Notes under the pieces: generated by a model
Told to the model about the DNA's origin: nothing
The model's input: only the letters and a program-made list of their open reading frames with translations
The model's database searches: none
Program-made: the position numbers and the translations under genes
Shown: positions 1 to 8,048 of the stretch, one piece after another
Position numbering within the stretch: position 1 is the stretch's first letter
Layout of the letters: every line of letters begins with the position of its first letter
Source: Octopus sinensis
Taxonomy: Eukaryota
Direction: 5' to 3'
Length of the DNA: 14,899 nt
Assembly (NCBI RefSeq): GCF_006345805.1
Contig: NW_021825663.1
Coordinates: 1 to 14,899, forward strand

Positions 1-695
1 TTCACATAAAACAACTAAAACAACAATAAGAATAACGTTCTACGTAGTAGATAATCGTATGACGAGCATCAAAAACATTCAATTAAAAGCTGTATGTTCT
101 CTTACAAAACACGTTATGACAACTTAGAGATAAAGTACGCTGATAAGAAGAAGCTGGACTGTATTATAACGTGTGGTTTCTCTTCTTACATTTGAAGAAA
201 AACTTACTGGGCATTGGAGTAATAAATGCGGTAATATAATTGCTGAAGTACTAAATTATGCTTGGTTCATTAAATTAATTTACGTTACGTTAACCCATAT
301 ATACCGGTGGTTGCGTTTTCACAACGCGAAATCTTCTCCTAGTTGTTTGGACATCAAGTCGGCGGGAAACATCTGACTGAGCATACGAAATGTTCAGTAG
401 GTAGTCGACACCCGTATCTAACGGTTGCATACTGTCCTTCTCATTCAAATTCTGAAAGCTTACCATAACGTTTAATCTAAATACAGTGAAATTTTAAGAC
501 TTCATTTTATTATGGGCATGTATGGGTTGGTGCAGAATAGTTTGATTTTGTTTCAATCCGATTCAAATTTTTCCAACGTTTCTTTGAGTTCTGAGTTCGT
601 TTTGCCATCCACCGCTCTGTCTTATTTTCTAACACCAAGCCTTTGATGGTGAATATATTTTCAACAAAATCTCAAATATAAAACAGTAATAATAG

Positions 696-905
696 TTTCA
701 AAATTAGGTACAAACCCAGCAATTTTAGAGATAGTGTTTAGCCGATTCCATCGAAGTTAGTACTTGATTGGTAATTTATTTCATCGACTGCGAAAGAAGG
801 AAAGGTGATGATGACATCGGCGGCATTTGAACTCAGATTGTAAAGCCGGAAGAAATGCCGCTGTGCGTTCTGTTCGGCGTACTGACGATTTTGTTAACTC
901 GGTGC
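696..905 (-). mobile_element. tRNA-derived SINE family B, diverged copy (tail type B1)
   Basis: Aligns by eye to the copies at 7067-7296 and 7537-7689 (ttatttcatcgac...gaaagg...cggcggcatttgaactcaga...gaaatgccgct). The minus strand has a B-box-like GAGTTCAAAT. Confidence 0.8.
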
Positions 906-914
906 ATTCAAAAT

Positions 915-1130
915 GGTTTTAAACTTTGATACAAGGTCAACAGTCTTAGTGGGAAGGGAAAATCGGTTACACCGATCCCAGTGCCCAAGTAGTAATTATT
1001 TCATCGATCCCGAAAATATGAAAGGCAAAGATGACCTTAACAAAATTTGAACTCAGAATGTGAAGAACCGGAAGAAATACGGAAAGCAATTTTATCCGAT
1101 GCACCAACAATTCTGCAAGTCCAACACCTT
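915..1130 (-). mobile_element. tRNA-derived SINE family B, diverged copy (tail type B1), tandem with the previous copy
   Basis: ttatttcatcgatcccgaaaatatgaaaggcaaagatgacct...atttgaactcagaatg...gaaatac matches family B. Confidence 0.8.
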
Positions 1131-1293
1131 AAAGATCAAACAGTAACAATAAAAAAGAGTATCACAATTGCAAACCTTTATAGTTAATCCTTCTAGGCAG
1201 TTTCAGCGACTGACGTCCGGCTGTCTAAAGATGAGTAAAAGTGAAAGTTAAAGAAGGATAGGTTATGAAGCACAGTTACAATGTAATGGTCGT

Positions 1294-1587
1294 CTATTTA
1301 TCATACTTAATGTATGTACGCTGTCGATAAGGCAGTTACTGTAATACTCGCCTTGGGATACCGTCTCCTATCGACGTCTACAATAAATATCAGAGTAAAC
1401 GTCGTTGCCAGGTCCAAAATGGTGGAAATGCAACTGGTGTTCACGATGGCGACTATTGGGATGATTCTTCGACCTTCTATATTTATTTTACCTTTATCAC
1501 AGCACATCCATAGCAGATGTCATCTCAGGACAAATACCACAGAAACTGGCCTACCAGAGGTATATTTGCAATAAGTATGATACATAG
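1294..1587. repeat. Old imperfect foldback/hairpin element (MITE-like), about 290 bp
   Basis: Ends ctatttatcatactta (1294-1309) and taagtatgatacatag (1572-1587) are 15/16 inverted. The internal arms keep aligning with mostly transition mismatches, towards a centre near 1435-1438. Confidence 0.75.
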
Positions 1588-2026
1588 GTGGCTGTTTTAA
1601 GCTAAAGCTGCTGCAGTTTTATATACCAGACAGTTATAATGTTTTGAACAAAGGCATATGCATATCACAACTGAACCAAATAAAACAAGGAAAGGGAATA
1701 GATAAAAAATATTGTCGGCACTTTTGCTGGAAATGGTAGAACAACTGCCATCAACATCCATTTGTGTCAAGAAAAAGCATAGTTCTCGTGTACATTTTAT
1801 TATGAAGGTGATTGTGCTAAATTCTAATGTTATTACAAAAAATTCCCATCACGTCACATTTCTTTGTAAATAACTGACTTAATAACTACGCAATTTATAC
1901 TAATTTCCACGATAACATAAATTTATTTTGCTCCCAAAGTCAGATTAAATATGTCCATCGTAATTAATTCATAGACATATAATGATCGGCATGTTTGTTC
2001 GCATTATATAATGTATTAACCGACAT

Positions 2027-2301
2027 TCTATATTTCCTTCGTTTGTAAGATGTCTCAGGTGTGTCGTGCTTCAGGTTCCAGCAGAAGTCAGCCAGCATAG
2101 CTGGGCTCCATTTTCCCTTAATCCTGTTTTCCATTGGCGCTATATTTTGGTGGAACCTCTCTCCACTTGATTATGCTCCCCATTATACTCTCTCACTGGG
2201 CATCGTGGTGCTTTCCCAGAAGTCCTTTGCATACATCTTTGAATGCGTTGGTAGGGCGCTAGCTCAGTTTCATCCATTGTCTCCTCGAAGTCCTCATCAA
2301 C
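2027..2301 (-). pseudogene. Chapaev3-like (CMC superfamily) DNA transposase C-terminal relic
   Basis: Manual minus-strand translation gives VDEDFEETMDETELA / FKDVCKGLLGKHHDAQ*ESIMGSII / GERFHQNIAPMENRIKGKWSPAMLADFCWNLKHDTPETSYKRRK (GERF starts at 2164). It matches the GERFHQDI..ME.RY.G.W...MLADYCW.LKRD motif I associate with Chapaev3 transposases. It carries a stop, a frameshift and an internal deletion. A possible 3' subterminal remnant extends to about 1742. Confidence 0.75.
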
Positions 2302-2308
2302 ACACTTA

Positions 2309-2432
2309 CATACCTAAATACATACATACACGAATAAATATACTCATACATACATACATACATACATAATACATACATACATACATACATACATACATAC
2401 ACAATACATACATACATACATACATACATACA

Positions 2433-2461
<29 letters not shown>
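2309..2461. repeat. (ACAT)n microsatellite
   Basis: Seen directly. Confidence 0.97.
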
Positions 2462-2463
<2 letters not shown>

Positions 2464-2686
2464 CACGAACTAATTCTTACTTTCTCACATACAGCAAGAA
2501 GTTTTGTCGGTGAACAGGTCGCGGTCGAGGAAAATATCTTGAAACAAATCAAATTTAAATGGTGAAGTAAATCTAACGGTTTTGTGTGTTTTTAGATGGC
2601 AAATAAACACCTTCCACACTACATTTGTTTTTGTTTCAGCACATGATTTCAGATCAGGTCACTTGCTATGCTAGTACATCTCCGTA

Positions 2687-2688
2687 AT

Positions 2689-2728
<40 letters not shown>

Positions 2729-2764
2729 GTGTGTGTGTATATATATGTATATATATATGTATAT

Positions 2765-2830
<66 letters not shown>

Positions 2831-2858
2831 TGTGTTTTGTGTGGTGTGTGTGTGTGTG
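2687..2858. repeat. (TA)n/(TG)n compound microsatellite
   Basis: Seen directly. Confidence 0.97.
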
Positions 2859-2859
2859 A

Positions 2860-3153
2860 GGCGCAATGGTCCAGTGGTTAGGGCAGCGGACTCGCGGTCG
2901 TAGGATCGCGGTTTCGATTCCCAGACCGGGCATTGTGAGTGTTTATTGAGCGAAAACACCTAAAAGCTCCACGAGGCTCCGGCAGGGGGTGGTGATCCCT
3001 GCTGTACTCTTTCACCAATCTTTCTCTCACTCTTTCTTCTGTTGGCCTGCTCGCTTAGCCAGCGGGGTGGCGTCATTCGAAGGCTAAAACAATGCGAATG
3101 CATTGTGACCAGCGATGTGTAACTACATCTGATGGACTGGTCGGTCACGTGAT

Positions 3154-3161
<8 letters not shown>
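2860..3161 (+). mobile_element. tRNA-derived SINE family C, apparently full length
   Basis: Head GGCGCAATGGTCCAGTGGTTAGG (A box)...GGTTTCGATTCCC (B box). The last ~100 bp recur inverted at 10122-10212. It ends GGTCACGTGATCACGTGA followed by (TA)n. Confidence 0.85.
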
Positions 3162-3208
<47 letters not shown>

Positions 3209-3212
3209 TATA
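3160..3212. repeat. (TA)n microsatellite
   Basis: Seen directly. Confidence 0.97.
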
Positions 3213-3283
3213 TTTGAGGAATAAAATCCAAAGCTTACAAGGAAAAAAATTCAATTTAGAAGTACTAAATCAAATTTCGCACA

Positions 3284-4026
3284 ATATATATATATATAAA
3301 AAATTAGAAAAAACTCCACCTTTTATCAATTCAAAATGAACAATTAAATTACACCATCCCGAAAATTACATATAATAGAAATATCAACATTACAATAACA
3401 ATAAAATGTCAACGATTAAGTAAATTGCAAACAAAAATAATAATAACTTATATAAATTTATATAAGTTATTATTATTTTTTTTTGCAATTTACTTAATCT
3501 TTGACATTTTATTGTTATTTTAATACTCTTTACTCTTTTTACTCTTTTACTTGTTCAGTCATTTGACTGCGGCCATGCTGGAGCACCGCCTTTAGTCGAG
3601 CAAATCGACCCCGGACTTATTCTTTGTAAGCCAGTACTTATTCTATCGGTCTCTTTTGCCGAACCGCTAAGTGACGGGGACGTAAACACACCAGCATCGG
3701 TTGTCAAGCAATGCTAGGGGGACAAACACAGACACACAAACACACACACACATACATATATATATATACATATATACGACAGGCTTCTTTCAGTTTCCGT
3801 CTACCAAATCCACTCACAAGGCATTGGTCGGTCCGGGGCTATAGCAGAAGACACTTGCCCAAGATGCCACGCAGTGGGACTGAACCCGGAACCATGTGGT
3901 TGGTTAGCAAGCTACTTACCACACAGCCACTCCTGCGCCTAACGTTGATATTTCTATTATATGTAATTTTCTGGATGGTGTAATTTAATTGTTCATTTTG
4001 AATTGATAAAAGGTGGGTTTTTTTTC

Positions 4027-4059
<33 letters not shown>
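3284..4059. repeat. Loopless AT-rich palindrome (~170-bp arms including terminal (TA)n), right arm split by a SINE
   Basis: The centre is aacttatataaa|tttatataagtt, between 3456 and 3457. Left arm 3284-3456 is near-identical to the reverse complement of 3457-3524 plus 3941-4059. Confidence 0.92.
3525..3939 (-). mobile_element. tRNA-derived SINE family A, full length (CORE-like body; resembles described octopus SINEs)
   Basis: Minus strand: GGCGCAGGAGTGGCTGTGTGG (A box), GGTTCAGTCCC (B box), CORE-like CTTGGGCAAGTGTCTT, an internal (TA)/(TG) tract and an (AAAAGAGT)n tail. Six copies occur in the window. Confidence 0.92.
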
Positions 4060-4064
<5 letters not shown>

Positions 4065-4250
4065 GAGGTTGGACAAAATAATGGAAGCGCCTAGCATCAT
4101 AGCATCATAATTTTGAAATATCTATAAAACCGTCAAAAGCTTGTTTATTTATATGTTTTTTGATTTATTATTAGTGTTGCTTAATATGTTTTGCTAAAAT
4201 TGTATTTTTCTTTTCAGGTACATCAGAAAAATGTAATTAAAATTCATTTA

Positions 4251-5262
4251 ATGGATTTGAAAGAGGTTAAATTGTTGGTGCTCGCATGGCAGGCGCTAGC
4301 GTAATGAAAATAGCAGAAATGTTTGGTGTATAAAGAAGTACTGTCACGAGAGTAATGACAGCCTTTGAGAAAGAGGGAAAAACGTCTTCGATGCAAAACT
4401 CCGGAAGAAAACCAAAACATTCAGATAGGGACCGTCGGACTCTTACGTGAATTGTTAGAAAGAATCACAAAAGTACAGCTCCCAAAATTACTGCAGCGCT
4501 TAATGACCACCTCAGGAAACCAGTTTCCACAAAAAACTGTTCGCTGGGAGCTGCACAAAGTCGGATTTCACGGGAGGGCTGCAATCAGAAAATCCCTACT
4601 TTCAAAAAACAGATGTTTGTAAAGCGTTTACACTGGAGAAACAACCTACTGAATAGGTCCCTAGAGCAGTGGAAGACTGTTATTTTGTCGGACGAGTCAT
4701 TCTTTACCATATTTCCGACCACCGGCCGAGTATATGTGTGGAGACAGCCAAAAGAAACATTTGATCCAGACTGCCTTCTTCCAACTGTTAAACATGGAGG
4801 AGTATCTGTGACGATCTGGTGGGGCTATATCTTGGAAGTCCGCCAGCCCAATTGTTTTCCCTTCATGGCAGAATTATTAGTCAAGACTAAGCATTTTATC
4901 TGATCAAATTCATCCTATTTTTGCGGAACTGCTTCTGGGGGGAGACACAATCTTTCAATGTGATAATACACCAATCCACACAGCTAAAGTTGTTAGCGAA
5001 TTGCACGAGGAACATTCTAGTGAAGTTGAACATCTTATTTGGTCATCACAGTCCCCAGAGCTCCATATTATTGAACATTTATGGTGCATTTTAGAAGAAC
5101 AAGTAAGGAGTCAATATTCTTCACCATCATCACTACAAGAACTTGAGACTGTTTTAGTTGAAGAATGGACAAAAATTCCTTTGGAAATAATTCAAACTTT
5201 GTAAGAGTCCATACCTCCGTAGAATTCAAATTGTAATTACTGCCAAGGCGGTCCTACTCCAT
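4251..5262 (+). pseudogene. Degenerate Tc1-family DDE transposase (last codon and stop displaced to 6374-6379 by the LINE insertion)
   Basis: HTH-region IVGARMAGASVMKIAEMFGV, GRKPK, WKTVILSDES, TVKHGG, FQCDNTPIH and SPELHIIEHLW. Multiple stops and frameshifts. The C-terminus GPTPY* is reconstructed across the TSD. Confidence 0.93.
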
Positions 5263-6363
5263 CATCATCATTCTTCGACCGTGGTCGAGACAATGGAATT
5301 TACCATGCTACGCCAGACTTCACGGTCCATCATGGCATTACGGAGGTCCTGTTGCTGGATGCCTGTATCCCTGGAGATTACATCAGGGTAGGAGAGTGTG
5401 CGCCCTCTGGTATTGCGAGTAGATGGCTTCCAGAGGAGAAGAGTAGAAATGACTTCTTTTTCAGCTCTACAACAATGTCCAGCAAACTAGACTCTCCTAC
5501 CGTTCATAAGAGATGACACAGGTGGTAGTTTCCCATATATTTGTATTTTGGTTGGATGGCGCTTCCACAAGAGATTTTGAGCTCTCATAAGGAGGCGAGT
5601 GTAGGTTCCATCCAACCGCCTCTCAAGCTTCTTTGATAACGTCCAGGTTTCTGAGCCATATAGTAGAATTGGTTCGACTGTGGCTTTGAAGATTTCAAGT
5701 TTGAAGTCTCTACTTAGATTTGATGACCAGATCTTGTGAATGTCATTACAGGCTGACCAGGCCATACCATCTCTAGTTAGAAAGTCTTTTCCAGATGATG
5801 ATATGTATGACCCAAGATATTTATAATCAGAAACCATATTTAAGGGCGCATTGTTGAGAGTATGGATGATGCAATCACTGTTGGACAGGCACTTGTTTAT
5901 GTATTCAGTTTTGGCCTCATTGAGGTAAAGACCTACACAATTTGAAGCTTGTTTAAGAGATTGTAAAAGAGACTGGGCATTGGGGAGAGAATCACTGATA
6001 AGAGCGATGTCGTCAGCAAAGTCAGTGTCTGTCAAGTACTCAGCTGGGTGTCTGGAACTTCTTCTTGGTTTTATTTCAAAGCCCTTGCCAGTGATGGTAT
6101 CAACTGACATACGTAGCACATAATCAACAACAATGATGAAAAGAAATGGGGCGATCTTGCAATAGTATTTGTAGACTTTTCTAAAGCGTTCGATTCTGTA
6201 GATAGGTACAAGATGTTTGAAATCCTTAAGCTCTATGGGATACCAGACAAAATCATTTCTGCCATCAAGGTCCTCTACACAGATACGTCTTCAACCATCT
6301 TAACCCCTGACGGAGAAACATCATCTTTCTCAATCAAAGCCGGAATACTGCAGGGAGACACAC
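5263..6363 (-). mobile_element. 5'-truncated RTE-like non-LTR retrotransposon with inverted 5' segment (6153-6365 on +), TSD tcctactccat
   Basis: TSD at 5252-5262 and 6364-6374; (TGA)n tail; reverse-transcriptase motifs on both strands. Confidence 0.92.
5268..6152 (-). pseudogene. RTE-like reverse transcriptase, C-terminal part
   Basis: APFLFIIVVDYVLR...DTDFADDIAL...YKYLGS...ILLYGSETW. One premature TAG at 5487-5489, after which the frame continues FAGHCCRAEKE...DREVWRSMVNSIVSTTVEE* to 5268. Confidence 0.92.
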
Positions 6364-6365
6364 TC
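6153..6365 (+). pseudogene. Inverted upstream fragment of the same RT domain
   Basis: DLAIVFVDFSKAFDSVDRYKMFEIL...GILQGDTL is in one open frame and joins to APFLF of the minus-strand part. Confidence 0.92.
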
Positions 6366-6509
6366 CTACTCCATATTAAAATCATTTGTTTGAAATTTTA
6401 AGGTGTCTCCATTATTTTGTCCAACCCCTATACATCCCTACATATATATATACATACATCATGAAACAGGATCAAAACTCTCCCGAGCTATTGACTCATA
6501 CATCTCAAG

Positions 6510-6725
6510 TCATTGACTCATAAGGCCGGTTTCTCGGATTCTGTTATGCATATATTTCCCCACTGAACAGGATTGTAGGCCATCCCCAGATTCCTCATTT
6601 TTATCAGCTGAATGGACTGGGGAAGTGGAATGAAGGGTTTTGCTCAAGAACGATGTATTGTCCGATCTAGGAATTGAAACCTCAATCTTAGGATCATGAA
6701 TGCTAAACATTAACTATACGCATCC
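6510..6725 (-). mobile_element. Old decayed tRNA-derived SINE (family D, CORE-like)
   Basis: The minus strand has a decayed head similar to family C (GGTTTCAATTCC B box), then TTCTTGAGCAAAAC and CCAGTCCATTCAGCTG. Boundaries are approximate. Confidence 0.55.
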
Positions 6726-7066
6726 ATACACTTGCACAAGCACACATACACAAACATATATGTACATGATTATATTTACATAAATATACGCCTTTATATG
6801 ATATATGCATATATATTCATACATACACACATATATGTATACACACTCACACATGCATATATATATATATATATATATATATACAAACACAGCACTTCCG
6901 TGAAAAATCTTTTTAGATTAAAATTTTTCCAGGCTATTAGTTGAGGATGTTTAATACAACAAAAGGTTTCTATGCAGGTATTTTATGTGAATGCTTATCC
7001 AAGTGTAAAATTAACAACCATTGAAAACTTTTACTTTCAGACACAATATTTATATATATATATATA

Positions 7067-7296
7067 TTTTCTTTATTACCCACAAGGGGCTAAACATAGA
7101 AGGGACAAACAAGGACAGACCAAAGGGACTAAGTCGATTGCATCGACCCCAGTGCGTAAATGGTAATTATTTAATCGACCCCGGAACGATGCAAGGCAAA
7201 GTCAACCTCGGCAGAATTTGAACTCAGAACGTAGCGGTAGACGAAAAACTGCTAAGCATTTCGCCCGACGTGCTAATGATTCTGCCAGCTCACCGC
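7067..7296 (-). mobile_element. SINE family B, near full length (tail type B2)
   Basis: Minus strand GCGGTGAGCTGGCAGAATCATTAG...GAGTTCAAATTC...GAGGTTGACTTTGCCTTGCATCGTTCCGGGGTCGAT. The central domain resembles, from memory, the Meta/MESC SINE domain. Confidence 0.88.
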
Positions 7297-7536
7297 TTTC
7301 ATATATATATGAACTTCGCATACCGGAAGCCAGCAAGTGTATGGGGTCATCGCAGCCTACCTCTCGACGGCATCAATGCGCACCGGCCTCCCTCACTGAT
7401 ATGAGGCTCCGCTTGCTAGATCAACTGGTTATCAAATATAGCTCAATGTTTCTCTAGCCATCGCTCATCGTCTCTTTTTAACCAAATCCAATGGCTAGCC
7501 TTATCCACTGTAGTTTGGATATGGGTCATGTTGGTA

Positions 7537-7689
7537 TCGACCTCAGTATTTCATTAGTACTTAATTTATCGACCCCGGAAGGATGAAAGGCAAAGTCGAC
7601 CTCGGCTGAAATTGAACTCAGAACGTAGCGATGGGCTAAATACCGCTAAGCATTTCGTCCAGCGCACAAACGACTCTGCCAGCACGCCG
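7537..7689 (-). mobile_element. SINE family B, lacking the 3' tail
   Basis: ttatcgaccccggaaggatgaaaggcaaagtcgacctcggc...gaactcagaacgtag...ccgctaagcatttcg. Confidence 0.88.
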
Positions 7690-7692
7690 TTT

Positions 7693-7719
7693 TAATAATA
7701 ATAAAAAATAAAAATAATG

Positions 7720-7781
<62 letters not shown>
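7693..7781. repeat. (AAT)n microsatellite
   Basis: Seen directly. Confidence 0.97.
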
Positions 7782-7990
7782 TCAGACAAATACATAACAA
7801 AAACACCAGGACTTACAAACACATATAACATACAGAAAATTGCACTACTAGGCACTGCACACATCCTACGCAGAACACTTTCCATACAATAACCATCAGA
7901 GCATCACAACAAATCACAGCACATACCCAAGGCACACAGAGCTGCGCTCGGTAGTGAAGTGAAAGAACGCTATAAAAGATAAAACTACTG
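7782..7990 (+). mobile_element. 3' end of an R4/Dong-like non-LTR retrotransposon inserted in (AAT)n
   Basis: 7782-7892 translates SDKYITKTPGLTNTYNIQKIALLGTAHILRRTLSIQ*, resembling the QK..LLGTA.ILR C-terminus of R4/Dong ORFs. About 100 bp of 3' UTR follows, with (AAT)n on both sides. Confidence 0.8.
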
Positions 7991-8047
7991 AATAATAATA
8001 ATAATAATAATAATAATGATAATAATAATAATAATAATAATGATGAT
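7991..8047. repeat. (AAT)n/(GAT)n microsatellite
   Basis: Seen directly. Confidence 0.95.
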
Positions 8048-8048
8048 G

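Larger units (their letters stand above)
4063..6430 (+). mobile_element. Tc1/mariner DNA transposon, DD36E (Incomer-like), ~1.26 kb excluding the nested LINE
   Basis: 30-bp TIRs at 4063-4092 (cagaggttggacaaaataatggaagcgcct) and 6401-6430 match 25/30. TA flanks at 4061-4062 and 6431-6432. Transposase remnants lie inside. Confidence 0.93.

Noticed and set aside
173-376. 67-aa ORF and small hairpins in 1-660
   Set aside because: No recognisable motif; short stems are expected by chance.
2061-2369. 102-aa plus-strand ORF with a hydrophobic stretch
   Set aside because: It is antisense to the Chapaev3-like transposase relic and runs into a microsatellite.
2461-2690. Unique-looking segment starting tatcacg, a possible inverted partner of the SINE C end (cgtgata)
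   Set aside because: Only a 7-bp match with no extension, so it cannot support a composite element.
2860-2932. Possible tRNA gene
   Set aside because: A and B boxes are present, but the acceptor and anticodon stems do not pair properly and there is no T-run terminator. It continues into a repeated body, so it is a SINE head.
2259-3339. YIYI/MYVC/THTH ORFs here and at 9891-10663 and 13020-13302
   Set aside because: Microsatellite translations.
3711-3983. Recurrent peptides PKVPRSGTEPGTMWLVSK / LQHGRSQMTETS (also 8320, 12258, 13665, 13865, 14611)
   Set aside because: Translations of SINE A copies; frames are not conserved between copies.
6490-6522. Direct repeat attgactcata x2
   Set aside because: A short local duplication at the end of a decayed SINE; not enough evidence for a TSD or regulatory site.
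7447-7473. Minus-strand cgatgag...gaaac hammerhead-like motif
   Set aside because: The core is mismatched and there is no stem II.
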